From Azolla caroliniana (taxonomy: Eukaryota > Plantae > Polypodiophyta): DNA of 64,000 nucleotides. A model generated the notes under the pieces. That model did not search any database. It was not told where the DNA came from and saw nothing but the letters and a program-made list of their open reading frames with translations. The position numbers and the translations under genes were made by a program. The first letter of the stretch is position 1. Every line of letters begins with the position of its first letter. This document shows positions 46,601 to 60,868 of the stretch, piece after piece. The stretch covers positions 1,798,001-1,862,000 of the forward strand of contig JBHGNT010000014.1 in assembly GCA_043228905.1 (NCBI GenBank), in the 5' to 3' direction.

Positions 46601-47060
46601 AAGGCTGAAAATTTGTTAACAATGTTTTTGTTTTTGAACATAACACCGATCTTCTTCCACAGGACATCCGCTTCTAATTGTTCACCGAAGTTGTTGTACA
46701 GACTCATGTCTATAAAATACCTTATGTATGCTGCCGTCTTCATATGCAACACTTCCCAAGTCGATGCATCCTTCTTGTCTGGCCTTTTATCTCCAAACTT
46801 CACCGACAGCTAGAGATTTTTGCACACGAGCATGTCCCGCATCTTCGACTTCCACATTGACTAGTTGGAGCCGGTAAGTTCAAACATGCCACTGAATGAG
46901 TCTTCCATAGATCTGATACCACTTGACGGATTGTGACCGGCCACAACCGGTTCCATAAACGAATCTTCGGGTGCAAGGATCAAGAAAGCTAGTACATAGA
47001 CAAAAAAATGAGAGGCGCAGAAAATGAAAAACAGAGACACAATGTTTTAACAATGTTTTA
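40674..47060 (-). mobile_element. Degenerate copia (Tnt1/Tork-like) with 3' LTR 40674-41239 and truncated 5' LTR from 46924
   Basis: PBS TGGTATCAGA at 46912-46921 (-), PPT AGGGGGAG; gag MEDSFSGMF, LWHKKLCHM, YTDSDM, SRTKHI. Confidence 0.92.
41703..43297. mobile_element. Non-autonomous AT-rich TIR DNA transposon (CACTA/CMC-like)
   Basis: About 28-bp TIRs CAA(A)CAC.TTCGC.TTCACAAGTGGAAGGA; 2-bp TT (or 3-bp GTT) duplication; removal restores GSGNTTLEG. Confidence 0.8.
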
Positions 47061-47070
47061 ACTCCCCCTT

Positions 47071-50000
47071 CACACGTTTAGGACAGTGATGTGTGAACAC
47101 ATTTAGGACATTGATGTGTGTGAACATACTTAGGACTACACAAACATTTTTTTCCCTCTTTAGGAGTTTTTTTCCTCGTCTATAAATACTCTCATCACCC
47201 TAAAGTGGCTAAGTTTTTTGTGATTCAAAACAAGAACCCAACAGTGGTATTAGAGCTAGCAATGGGCATAGTTTCAACTCAAACCGAACCGAACCATTTA
47301 GCCATGGTTTAACGGTTTATTGGTTCCAATTTCTTTTTACTGGTTTGGTTTGGATTTTCGATAAACGGTTCAGTTCGGTTCAAAAACTTGGGTTTATAGG
47401 TTTGGTTTAAAGGTTTATAGGTTTTTGGTTAACTTTTTTTTTACCTTAATAGATTATTGATTTAATGGTTTAATTAATGGTTTTTTATTGATTTAATTAA
47501 TTTAACTTAAATGTTTATTTAATTTAATGGTTCAATTAAAGTTTCTTTTATTGATTTAATAAATTTAACTTAAATTCTTATTTAATTTAATGTATTTTTG
47601 TTTATTTAGATGTTTAATTAGTTTGACTTAAGTGGTTAGGTTCAAATTTTTTATTAAATGGTTCAACTTAGATGACTTAAACGGTTTGGTTTTAAATGGC
47701 TTGGTTTCAACGTTTTTTGAAATGGTTTGGTTTAAATATTGAGACTTCATAAACAGTTTGGTTTGGTTTTTGTTTTAAATAAACGGTTCAGTTTGGTTTC
47801 TTTGCCTTGAAACTGAACCGAACCGAAATTGAACCGTACCCATTGCTAATAAGAGCAAGTAAGTGACATTTGAGCAGCAATGCAACGAGCAAACAGCAAG
47901 GCAACGACTCTCATATGCAGTCTGTCTGCACCATTAGTGGTGGCATTTTTCTGCAGTTGCAAAACAAATTTCTGCGTGTTTTCGTCCTCGACACAGTTTG
48001 AGTTGTGTATTTTTTCTGCTTCCAAGTTGATTCAATCCTACTAAAAGCCTCCTTGAGTCTTCCAAGACATTTCTATAACCCTCTTCTATGCGGTTGCTAC
48101 ACAAAAATCAGATTTGCTTCCTTTTCTCTTCGCTGGTTCATCTTCTAAGTCAAAGAGGTACGTCATTCCCTTTTATTCATTCAACAATCCATTTTTTGCA
48201 TCAAAATGTGTTTAGTCAACAACCATAATTGAGAGCAATGATGTATTTCAGATGCTTGATGTTGAGGATAAATTGGATGGAACAAATTTAATTTACCCTC
48301 TTTGGGCTTATATGATGGGCCATGTATTAGTAGCAAAGGGGTTGTGGAATGTGGTTTAGGGGGTTGAAAAATGTCCTGTTGTTGAGAACACCAACGTTGA
48401 TGATATTGATTCTGTTGAGGATGTTGATCATCCTACTCATGCTCATGCTGCAGTTTCTGTTGTACCAAATGCAGAGCAACTTCGTTGGGATGGCAGAGAT
48501 GCTGAGGCACATGCTTTGATAACTTTGTCTATGAAACATGCCATTATTCCCCATATTCGCACTTGCAAGATAACAAAGGATGCTTGGGATGCTCTTACCA
48601 CTTTGTACCAAGCAAGAAATGAGGCTCGTGTTGCTTATCTCCGAAAACAGTTCGAGAGTGAGCACATGAATGAAGGTGATTCTATGGATAGTTTTCTTAC
48701 AAAAATCAAAGATTTAAAGGAACAATTAATTTCTGCGTATGAAATGATACCAGATAGTTCACTTGTGTAGACCGTTCTAAATGGTCTTCTTGATTCATAT
48801 CAGAGTTTTGTTTCTACTCTTCGTTGAATGATGAAAGGTAATCCCAATGCCTTATCATTCAAGGAGTTAGTTTCTGTTTTGTTACAGGAAGATTGGTCTA
48901 GGCAAAACATGTCTATTATGTGTGTTGTAGATCAAGCTTTCCTAGCGAGTTAGAATGGGAAAGGTAAATGGAACTAATCTGCTAGCAAGCAAAGATTTGT
49001 TAATACTTCACAAGTGAATGAAAAAAAAAAGGGTAGAAACAAAAACTGTTTTGCAAATATTGTAAAGGAACTAATCATATTATAAAGAACTATCTAAAAT
49101 TGACTGCAACAGAGGCAAAGAAAAAAGAGGCATGACTCGTTGTTGCATAAGTCTTTGCACCAAAAACAAAGTCTGCAAATCTTGTGCAGAATGAAGAATG
49201 GGCATTTACCACTGTTTGTAGTTTTGACCCATCTTCACTTGAACAATGTATGTCTGTTGTAGAATTAGATGTTTGGTACTTCGATAGTGGAGCAACAAAC
49301 ATATTACCTCGCATCACAATTTCTTCACTTGATTGGAGCTTGCCCCTACAGGGAATAATGTCACATGCGCCAACAACTCATCTTATCCAGTTATGGGTGT
49401 TGGTAAGATCATTTTGACTACTATTGATGGTAGTTCTTTCACCTTGTCAGATGCTTTATTTGTGCCAGGGATTGGCTTGGTTGTTAAATTTGTTGATGAT
49501 AGGTGTACAGTTCATGATATGTCCAATGACGATGTTATTATTGTTTCTGGTGTTTTATGTCATGGGTTGTATAAGCTCGTAGATTATGAAAGATCTATAA
49601 ATGATTTAGTATGTGCAATAGAGGATTCTCAAGCTGAATTTTGCAAGTTTGCTTCGTTTGCAAAAATCTTAAATGGTGTCCTCCTTGCCCAAACTTGACG
49701 CACCTTGGAAGCATTTTTGTGAATGTTGTATTTTAGGCAAAATGCAGCGTTCATCCTTTCCAAAACATGGTTTAGTTAGAGCTACGCAAAAATTGCAACT
49801 TGTCCATAATGATGTTTGTGCTCCTATGCAGACACATTCTCTTGGGAACAATCTTTACTTCGTGACTTTCATTGATGACTTTTCTAGGCATGCATGGGTA
49901 TATCCATTGAAGGCAAAATCCGAAGTGTTTCTGTGCTTCAAACCGTTTCTAGCTTTGGCTGAAAATCTGTCAACATGTAAAATGGGCACCCTCCATTCTT

Positions 50001-50133
50001 ATTGAGGAAGGGAGTATATGTCTTCTAAGTTTAATGCATTTTTGGCTGAACGTGGGATAAAACATCAGTGTAAAGTGCCATATACACCTCAATAGAATGG
50101 ATTTTCTGAAAGAAAGAACATGTCACTCATGAT
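47071..50133 (+). mobile_element. Degenerate copia 5' portion (LTR end 47243, PBS, gag, protease, IN), truncated
   Basis: PBS TGGTATTAGAGC 47245-47256; WYFDSGAT, LVHNDVC, FIDDFSR, ERKN. Confidence 0.88.
47257..47848. mobile_element. Non-autonomous hAT element inserted at the PBS
   Basis: TIR TAGCAATGGG/CCCATTGCTA; 8-bp TSD ATTAGAGC/ATAAGAGC; subterminal AACCG/CGGTT repeats. Confidence 0.9.
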
Positions 50134-50415
50134 ATGGCAAGATTCGAACCCATTACTTTATATTACATGGGTCAAGTCCTTACCATTAGACTATACATTA
50201 TAATACGAAAGATATTATTTTCATTTATTATTTCACTATAGAAAATTGATGTATATTCCAGATTTCTTTGGAACATTCTAGAAACTTCAGGAGTACTCCT
50301 GAAAACACTATATAAGGAGGCACAAGGCATTATTTCGAACCAAATTGGTTCAACACCAGTCTTGAGCCTCCTAGCTATCCTTGTATATTCTTTCTACATA
50401 ATATATCTTTTGTCA

Positions 50416-50458
<43 letters not shown>

Positions 50459-53400
50459 TTCTACACCCTCTTTTTCTCTTAGTACTAATCCTCATTTGTT
50501 AGTACTAATCTTCTCTCTTTCTCAGTACTATTCCTGACAGCTTGAACCAATTCATCGCCGTCCTCCTCTTCCTTTTATCTTCTTACTTCTCCCTCCCTTG
50601 ATACTAATCTCTTATTCCTCTTTTCTCTCATATTATGGCCATTGTTAGCGCTCAAGAATATCAATCCGTTTTCTCAAAGTTGCAATGCTTGAAAGAGAAG
50701 TTTCTCGCATTAGAACAAGAAAATCAAGGATTGTTGGGGGATCTTCAACAAATATCCTTAGAAAAGTAGCAGACGCAACAACAACATGGGGAACTAGCAT
50801 TACGCGTGCAACAGCTCGAAGCGACCATTGTAGCGTTGCAACAACAAGGACCAAGTACACAAGGGATTCATAAAGAACCCAAGATTGGCCTTCCTATGAA
50901 ATTCGATAGAACATGATCACAGTTTAGAGGATTCCTTAATCAAATACGATTAGTCATTCAAATGCATCCTTCCTGAGATCCCACCGTTGCATCACGACTG
51001 GGTCTAGTAGGCACGTTGTTAAGTGGCTCAGCTTTGCCATGGTTCGCTTCGTTGTTAGAAAAGGAATCTCCATTACTAAACAATTTTGAAGAGTTTATAA
51101 GTGAGTTTAAAGCCTGTTTTGGAGATACTGATAGCATTAGGACAACAATCAACTAAATCCGACGATTACGTCAAGGTGACTGTCTAGCCTGTGCATATGT
51201 TGTAGATTTCCGTCTACTCGCCTCCGATATCCCCTGGGATGACCAAGCATTAATGGAGAAATTTCGTTATGGCCTATGTAACGGTGTCAAGGATTTACTC
51301 TTGACCTTCCCCGAAGAACCAAAGTCATTGACAAAAGCAATCAGTTGCGTAGTACGATGTGATAACCGCCTCTTCGAATGATGTTTAGAACGTCAGTTTC
51401 AAATGCCAAGGGCAAGATCGGAGTCCACTTATGCTTCAGTTGTAGCAAAACCTTTCCCAAGGGAGTCATTTAATACGTCTCCAACAAATACTCCGACTCC
51501 AATGGAAATCGACACAACACGTCGTCTCGGACCACTAACGAAAGAAGAAAAGTAGTGACGTCGGGCAAATCGATTATGTCTTTATTGCGATGGACCGGGG
51601 TATATTGCAGTGAACTGTCCCCATCGGCCAAGAAGGTAGGTAAATCAAATAACCACTAGTACTAATAGTACTAAACCTGAGTCTATTTCTCTAAGTGTGT
51701 CTGATAGTCCTATTAGCCCAAGCCTTTCAAACAAATTTGAAATCCTTAGTCAACTAGAAGAAGAGTTAAACGATTAAGTCTAGCCAAAATAGGAGTCATT
51801 TGGTTGGACCGCCCTAGATCCGTGCAACCCATTAGTGGTTCTATTTCCTCTAAGCAAGTTAGCAATGTGTTCTTAGCTCAAGTAATGGTTAGTACTAAAA
51901 GTACTCATCTAGTACATGTCTTAACACTCTTAGATTCCGGAGCCAACTCTTGCTTCATGGATAGGAATTTTGCCCAAGCTCATCAGATATCCCTAAGAAA
52001 ACATTCTTGTCCAGCATCGATAGTAGTTATTAATGGTCGTCCCATTGCTTCCGGAAAAATTGTAGAGGAGTTAGAGCCGATTCAAGTTGTCCTAGATAAC
52101 TTGGTGAGTGTAGTATCATTTAATATAATTAGTAGTCCAGATCATCCAACTATCTTGGGGTTACCGTGGTTCGAATTACATAACCCAAACATAAATTGGA
52201 GAACAAGAGAAATCCGGTATCGACAAATCCGAGGATCTACTCATAAGATTGCAACCATTTCGCTACAACAATTGCGTGAGGAAGGACGCAATGAAGCAAT
52301 GTTTGTCTTCACGGTATCAATAAAACCTTCCAACACTACTAAAGAGGAATCCACAGTTCAACTTCCAGAGAAGTATCGTCAGTATGCTGATGTGTTTGAT
52401 AAGGTACAAGCCAATACGCTTTCTCACCAATGACCGTATGATTGCCCCATTGATTTACAACCGGGAAAAGAGCCACCATGGGGACTGATCTACAATTTGT
52501 CACCAACCGAGTTAGAAGTCCTTCGAGCCTATATAGAGGAGAATTTGGCAAACAGTTTCATTCGACATTCGAAATCTCCAGCCGACACACCCATTTTCTT
52601 CGTCAAGAAAAAGGATGGATCACTTCGTCTCGTCGTAGACTACCACGGCTTGAATAAGGTTATCATCTGGAATAGGTATGCACTTCCCCTTATCTTAAGT
52701 CTTTTAGAACGAATCAATGGTGCAAGTTTCTTTACAAAGATTAACTTACGAGGAGCATATAACCTCGTACGGATCCGACTACGAGATGAATGGAAGACCA
52801 TGTTCCGTACCAGATATGGGCACTTCGAGTATACAGTCATGCCATTCGGTCTCACCAATGCACTAGTAGTCTTCCAGCACATGGAAACTGATATATTCCG
52901 AGATCTCTTGGATGGTTGATCATCTATTTGGATGATCTACTGGTTTATTCAAAGACCCAAGAAAAGCATGATTCTCATGTACTGTTAGTACTAAAATGGC
53001 TTGAGAACATAGTCTTTATGTAAAACTAGAAAAATGTAGCTTCAAGTGCAACCAGGTGGAATTTCTGGGCTATGTCATCTCCTCGGAATGCATCTCTATG
53101 GATCCAGCTAAGGTCAAAACTGTGGTAGAGTGGTAGAATCCACATTCGTTTCGCTCTGATACTAGATTGTAAAGAATATGCGGAATAATCTTCGTCCACA
53201 ACCAAAGCTTAGATCACTTAATGATAATCAAACAAAGAAGAAATGGGAAATGGAAGTATGTACACAAACAAAAAGAGAATGCACAGGATGTTAACGTGGA
53301 AAACCCTAGATGGGAAAAACCACGGGAGTCCACAAACTCCAACTCTCACTATGCAAGAAGAATACAACAGGGGAACACAGAGGCAACGACCTTGTGCTCA

Positions 53401-56400
53401 CAATCTTCGCCTGAAGGCGGTTACAACAGAGACTCACTCTCTCTCTCTCTCTCTTTCCCTCTGCTACACTCTGTACAACAGTTACACCAATATCACTATA
53501 CAAAATAATAACAACACAATGATACACCCATCTACACACTCTGTTTGCCCTAGGTCATATTTATACTAGTATGTCTTTAGGACTATTTACAAATGTAGCC
53601 CCAATGGGCTCTTAGAAACATATTTCCATATATGTCCCTTCATCCGGTGAGAGGTTCTTACCGGGCCTGCATCATCCAGTTCTCACCGGGTACTCATCAT
53701 CTGGTTCTCACTGGGTCTTCCGTTGCCGGGTACTCCTCATCCGGTTCTCACTGGGTCTTCCGTGGCCGGGTACTTGTATCCCATCTGGAGGGACTGAAAT
53801 CCTAACAAACTCCCCCTTCACTCCGGCATTGGATGCTTCGTCAATCCGATCCGCTTCCGGCATGCATCCAACTTCCTTACCGGGTACTCATGATCTGGTT
53901 CTCACCGGGTCTTCCGTTGCCGGGTACTTGTATCCCATCCGGAGGGACCGAAATCCTAACAAACTCCCCCTTCACTCCGGCATGGGATGCTTTGTCAATC
54001 TGATCCACTTCCGGCATGCGTCCAACTTGTCGGGTATCAGCACCTTGGTCAACATATCTGACCCATTCTCCTCCGTGTGGATCTTCGTCAGCATGAACTC
54101 TTGATCTTCTACTCGCTCCCAAATCTAGTGGTACTTGCGCTGGATGTGCTTTGTTCTGGAATGGTATGCCGTGTTCTTTGCAAGGTGGATGGCACTTTGA
54201 TTGTCGTAGTAGAGCCGGTATTCCTATTGCTGGACCCCTAGCTCTTCGATGAAGTCCTTCATCCACAATATTTCCTTGTTGGCTTCCACAGCTGCCATGT
54301 ACTCCGCCTTCGTGGTTGATAATGCAACCGTCTTCTGCAGCCTCGACTGCCACGAAACAACTCCCCTTGCATATGTCATGACATATCCGGATGTTGACCG
54401 GCTGGTATCTGCATCAGCCGACATATCTGAATCGATGAAACCGTCAAACTGGGGTTTACCGGAGCCGAATCGGAGACACATACTTGAGGTGCCTTTCAAG
54501 TACTGGAGTATCCATTTTACCGCATTCAAGTGCTCCTTGCCGGGATTGCTCATGACACGGCTCACCACTCCGACTGCGTATCTAATATCCGGTTGGGTAC
54601 ACACCATTGCGTACATTAAGCTCCCAATGGCAGAGGCATATGGTATCTTCATCATATCCGCCTTCTTTGCCTTCGTCTTCGGGCTTTGCTTACCGGATAG
54701 CCTACAGTTTGCTGGGAGTGTCGATCCAACCGGTTTCGCATCTGACATGTTGAACCACTGAAGCGCATTTGTCACGTACTTCTCCTGTGACAGCCACAAT
54801 TGCTTCTTTGACCAGTCCCGAATGATATGTATCCCCAGTATCTGTCTTGCCGGACCCAAGTCTTTCATTGAGAAGGTCCGGTTTAGAGCCTTCTTCGGCA
54901 TCCATATCTTGACATGGTCTCGTTCGACGATCAACATGTCATCCACGTACAAGAGGAGTATCAGGAAGTCTCCTCCGTCAAATTTATTCACAAACACGCA
55001 GTGATCGGCTTGCGTTTTGTGGTACCCTTGATCGGTCATGAAGGAGTCGAACTTCCGGTACCATTGCCGGGGAGCCTGCTTCAAACCGTAGAGGTTCTTC
55101 TTCAACCGGCAAACCAGGTGCTCCTTCCCTTTCTTCACAAATCCCTGTAGTTGCTGCATGTAGATGTCCTCTTCGAGGTCTCCGTGGGGGAACGTCGTTT
55201 CACGTCTAACTGCTCTACCTCGAGGTCCATGCTTGCCGCTATGCTCAACACCGTCTGGATGGAAGTCATCTTTACTACTGGGGCAAATATCTCGTCGAAG
55301 TCCACGCCTTTCTTCTGCTGGAACCCCTTCACCACGATCCTGGCTTTGTATCTCGAGGGGTTATCGACATCTCCCGGTTTCAGCTTGTACACCCACTTGT
55401 TCCGAAGTGCCCGCTTTCCTTTCAGCAACTCCACCAATTCATACGTGTAGTTCTCATGTAGGGAATCCATCTCGTCTTGCATGGGTGTCATCCTTCACTT
55501 CTTCGAAGCTTTCCGGCTCCCCCTCATCGGTCAGCAACACGCGTTCAACATCCGGAAATCTCCATGGGCACTTCTTTCCTGGAGAGGATATCTCCGTCCT
55601 CGGTTTTCGGTAACCGGCTCCTGTGTCTATTCTTTGTCCGAATCCGATTCGGGATCTTGGCCGGTTCTGGTTCCTGGTTCCTCTTCTTCTTCTGCTGGTT
55701 CAGTGTCCTCTCCATAACCGGCCGGTTCTTTGAGTGTCAACTGGCTCTTAGCCGGGTAGGTCCGTATCTCATCGAATCGGTCCTTTCCGGTCGACTCAAA
55801 GTTCATTATCTTCTTCTCCGACTCCAAGTCGGCAAGAGTTTTGTCCTCCATGAAGATAGTATCTTGACTCCGGAAAACCTTCTTGTCGACCGGATCCCAC
55901 ACTTGGTAACCGAACTCATCATCATATCTGAGGAATATGCATGGCCGGGTCTTGGGATCCAGCTTTCCTCTCTGGTCCTTACCAACATGCACGTACGCGA
56001 GACACCCGAACACCTTCAGATGCCGGTAGGACACTTCCTTACTGGTCCACACTCTCTGCGGCGTGTCTCCATCCAAGGGTACTAAGGGTGACATGTTTAT
56101 CACATATGTCGATGTTGACAGCGCCTCAGCCCAAAACGTCTTGGGTAACTTAGCATGTGCTAGGATACTCTAGACCCTCTCCATTATGGTTCGGTTCATC
56201 CTCTCGTCCAACCCATTCAGTTCCGGCGTCTTCGGCATGGTAAATTCGAGCCAGATTCCCTTCGAGTGGCAGTACTCCTCGAACTGCCCCCGATATTCTC
56301 CTCCGTTATCTGCTCGAACCGCCTTCAACTTCCGGCCGGTTTCTCTTTCCACTCTTGCGTGGAGCTCCTTGAAAGCGGATAACACCTGATCCTTCGTCTT

Positions 56401-58282
56401 CAGTGGTGTGGCCCACAGCCTCCGGTTGTGGTCATCTATGAATGTCACGAAGTACTGCGCTCCGGCATCTGACTTCGTGTCCACTTGACACACGTCAGTA
56501 TGCACCGACTCCAGTGGTGCATTACGTCTCATTGGTGGCCTTGATCGGAAGGAGGTCCAGTTTTGCTTACCAGCCAGGTAGTCGATGCACCTCTCAAGAT
56601 GCATGTTCTTCACCGGAATGAGGTTGTCTTCAGCAAGCCTCTTCATCCCCTTCTCGCTCATGTGACACAGTCTCTTGTGCCATAGCTCACCGGTAGTGTC
56701 GGATGCAACGTTTACTTCTTCCGGGCATAACCGGGCATTCATCATGTACAATGTGTTGACCTTCCGGGCCCGAGCCACTATCAGGCTCCCCTTGCTGAAC
56801 TTCATGACACCGTTCCGGATGCTACCCGTGTAACCTTCATCATTTAGCCCACCGGCTGATATCAGGTTCAGTCGAACCTCTGGAACGTGTTAGACATCCT
56901 TCAGCAGCAACTTGCATCCGGTTGGAGTTGTCAGCCACACGCCTCCTATGCCGACAATTCGGCATGTACCTTCATTCCCCATTTGGACACATCTATGATC
57001 ATCGGCTGTGTAGGATGAGAAGCATTTCCGGTCCGGGGTCAGGTGGAACGACGCTCCGGAATCGACAACCCACATTGTTTTGTCGCTGGCAAGGTTCAAC
57101 TCACTCTCCTCGGTGATGAGCATCAACTCCTCTTCACTTGCCGCGATTGCCGTCATTCCCTTCCGGTCCGGTCCCCTTCGGTCTTTATCGTTCCGGTCCG
57201 GTGACCGCTTCGAATCAGTACTATCGGTTTCCTTTTCTTTTCGGAAATGCTGACAATTCTTCTGGAAGTGCCCCGGCTTGCCGCAATAGAAGCACGTAGG
57301 CCTCCCCCTTGACTTTGACCGTGTCCCCGACTTTTCCCGGTTCTGGGGACTATGGTTCCTTTGTCTTCCGCGTTCCAATTCGGTAAGGAGTGCTTTGGAG
57401 TCAGAGGTCGTAACCTTGTCTTTCCGACGCACCTCCTCATCTAGCAAGCTCGACTTGACTCTTGGTAGGGACAACTGTTTTCCTTCTGGTCCGGCGTTGC
57501 CCAAGGTGACAACTAATGCCTCCCAGCTATCCGAGAGGGAACGGAGTAGGAGTAATGCTAGTACCTCATCGGCGAGGGGTACTTCCAACGATGTTGCCTG
57601 GTGAATCAGCCCCTAGAAGGCTTTCATGTGCTCCGCCATGCTAGAGCCATCTTGGTACTAGAGCCGCATTAGCTTCCGGAATACCGAAACCCGATTAACA
57701 ACATTTTTGTTCTGGAACATAATGCTGATCTTCTCCTAGAGCTCACGAGCCTTACTCTCCTCATTAAAGTTGTTGTACAGGCTCATGTCGATGAAGCACC
57801 GTATGTACGCCATTGTCTTCATGTGCATCACCTCCCATATCATGGCATCTATCTTGTTCAATCTCTTGTCCCCGAACTGAACCGGCAACCAAAGATCTTT
57901 AACCACGAGCATGTCCCTCATCTTCGACTTCCATATTGAGTAGTTGGAGCCGGTGAGCTTGAACATGCCGCCAAATGAATCTTCCATCTTCTGTGTCATT
58001 TCACTTTGATACCAGATTGTAAAGAATATGCGGAATAATCTTCGGCCACAACCGAAGCTTAGATCACTTAATGATAATCAAACATAGAAGAAATGGGAAA
58101 TGGAAGTAAGTACACAAATAGAAAGAGAATGCACAGGATGTTAACATGGAAAACCCTAGATGGGAAAAACCACGGGAGTCCACAAACTCCAACTCTCACT
58201 ATGCAAGAAGAATACAACAGGGGAACACAGAGGCAACGACCTCGTGCTCACAATCTTCGCCTGAAGGCAGTTACAACAGAGA

Positions 58283-58315
<33 letters not shown>

Positions 58316-59539
58316 TCTGCTAGGCTTTGTACAACAGTTACACCAATATCACTATATAAAATAATGACAGCACAATGATACATCCATCTACACACTCTAT
58401 TTGCCCTAGGTCATATTTATACTAGTATGACTTTAGGACTATTTACAGATGTAGCCCCAATGGGCTCTCAGAAACATATTTCCATATATGTCCCTTCATC
58501 CGGGGAGAGGTTCTCATCGGGCCTGCATCATCCAGTTCTCACCGAGTCTTCCTTGCCGGGTACTCATCATCCGGTTCTCACTGGGTCTTTTGTTGGTGGG
58601 TACTCCTCATCCGGTTCTCACTGGGTCTTCCGTTGCCGGGTACTTGTATCCCATCCGGAGGGACCGAAATCCTAACACAATGCTTTTTAGGCTTTGAGAA
58701 TTTCTACCGCAAGTTTATACAGGATTACTCAAAGCTTATTTTGCCTCTCACACAACTTACCAAGAAGGGGGAGTTGTTTGTTTGGTCTAAAGAAGCAAAC
58801 ATGGCTTTTGGGAGTCTTAAGAAGGCATTTACATCAGCTCCTATTCTAGCTCATGTTGATCCGGCAAAACCATTCATCATTGAGGCAAACGTGTCAGATT
58901 TCTCCTTGGGTAGCATTCTTTCACAACAAGGTGATGATGAAAAGCTACATCCTGTGGCTTTCCACTCATGCGAGTTTAACGCCGCCGAAATCAACTATGA
59001 AATTCACGATAAAGAGCTATTAGCAATAGTGGACCCTTTTACGCAATGGAGGCCTTTTCTAGAGAGATCACAAAAATCTTGCCTACTTCTAGAATGCTCC
59101 TGTATTAAATCGACGTCAAGCTCGGTGGACCCAATTCCTCACTCGTTTCGACTTCAAAATTACATATTGTCCTGGAAAGCAGCAAGGGAAGGCATATGCA
59201 TTATCGCGGCGCTCATATCTAGCACCGCATCCCGGCGAGCCAACATTCGATAACCAAAAGCAAGTAATCCTGGGACCGACACAACTGCAAGCAACGCGGG
59301 TTTTCGATATGCCATCGGATTCCCACATTATCGATACCATACGTGAGGACTTGGAGACAGATGCTTTCGCTCAAGCCATTCTAGCACAAATTGACCCCTC
59401 TCAGTCATCTTGTTCACAGTCGCAACAACCAGGTATGGATTATTGACAATTCAAATGTCCAAAATGACACATATACAACTGGGCATTTTGGTAGTACTAA
59501 AACATTAGATTTAGTACAACGATCATTCTAGTGGCCCCA
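50134..59539 (+). mobile_element. Older degenerate copy of the Tcn1-like chromovirus family, split by a copia
   Basis: LTR about 50134-50539, gag 50635-51777 and pol 51770-53150 plus 58678-59539, all homologous to 7293-17691; many stops; 3' part missing. Confidence 0.93.
53150..58677 (-). mobile_element. Near-complete copia (Tnt1/Tork-like) with LTRs 58018-58677 and 53168-53807
   Basis: PBS after the 5' LTR, gag MEDSFGGMF, CFYCGKPGHFQKNC, WVVDSGAS, LYVDD, RNase H; about 37-bp tandem repeats in U3; no TSD. Confidence 0.93.
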
Positions 59540-60868
59540 TGTAAAAGAATATGTGTGCGGAAGCATATGTGTAAGAACACAGAGTGCACGGTTTGGAAGT
59601 ACGACAGTTCGGTGAAACACAAAAAACACAGAGAAAGGGAGGGAGAGATAGAGAGAGTAGAAAATACGAAACTATATTGAAATAATTCTCTGTACATATT
59701 TCGTGCTCTGTGAGCACCTTTTATACAAGCCTTGACTATCGGGCTGACACAAGTACTGCTAGTACTTGACCACTCATAAATGAGCCTTATACACTAACTC
59801 CCAAAACTATTCCTTACGAGGAATAACATTCTAACGGCCTCTTGATTTAAACACTACCACGGCCATATTTTCCATATGGATTTACGCACCCAATCTACGT
59901 ACTGGGTTACGTACCCAATGTTGAGCTTGTCTCTCAACACTCCCCCTCAAGCTCAACTTGAGATTCCGCGTGCTCCGCTGGATCTTCGCTCCGGCTTCTC
60001 CTGGCTTCACGCCTCACTCGCGCTCCTCGACCCGTTTGATTTCGTGCGCTTCGACCCTTCCGGTCAGCTTGTCTGCTCATGCGGCCCCTCTCAGCTACCT
60101 TGTTATCGCGGTGTTGGCGCCTCTTTCGTTGCCCTTTCCTCCACTTGGCCCTGAGTCGATTCGTATATCCAAATCGAACATTTCGATTAAATTAGACACT
60201 TCTGATTGAATTCCACTTTCGCCCGAATTGGCTGTCTCTAATTCATCTTTTGTTTTTAGGCCCTTGACAACATCAGACCACGTCTTGGCCTTGGCCTTTA
60301 CACCCTTCTTGGTAGTATTTCCCCTTTGTTGGGTTGTCTTCGGCTCTTCCTTGTGATTACGACCCTTGTTTCCTTCTTCATTGGCTTCTTCAGCCAGCCT
60401 GAAATTGAATTCTTCATTCGTTTCGGCATAACGGTCACTACCGCTCCTTTCACGCTCTTGTTCCTGTTCTTGTCTCCCCCTCAAGTTTGGCATATCGAGG
60501 TGATGCAAACCCAGTTCACCCGAGACATGCCCTAACTTTTCGAGACCAAGGGGCTTGGTGAAGATGTTGGCAATCTGCCGACTGGTTGGAACATACGCCA
60601 GTTCGCCCTCACTAGAAAGGACACACTCACGGACAAAGTGATAATGCACCTCAATGTGGTTGGTCCGGGCGTGGAACACATGGTTCTTCGCAAGGTGGAA
60701 GCTGTTGAGGTTGTCACAATAGATCATTGTTGAATCGAACACCTTGACATGCAGATCCCGTTATAGCCGTTTCAGCTAGATGACTTCGCACGTAGTGACA
60801 GTCGCCCCTCGATATTCAACCTCCGTGCTCGACAATGCTACTGTTGGCTGCTTCTTACTACTCCACGC
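59540..60868 (-). mobile_element. Copia family-B-like 3' end (RNase H, tail, PPT, 3' LTR 59540-59939)
   Basis: WSSKKQPT, HIEVHYHFVRE, PNLRG; GAGGGGGAG then TGTTGAGAGACAAGCTCAAC on the minus strand. Confidence 0.9.
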
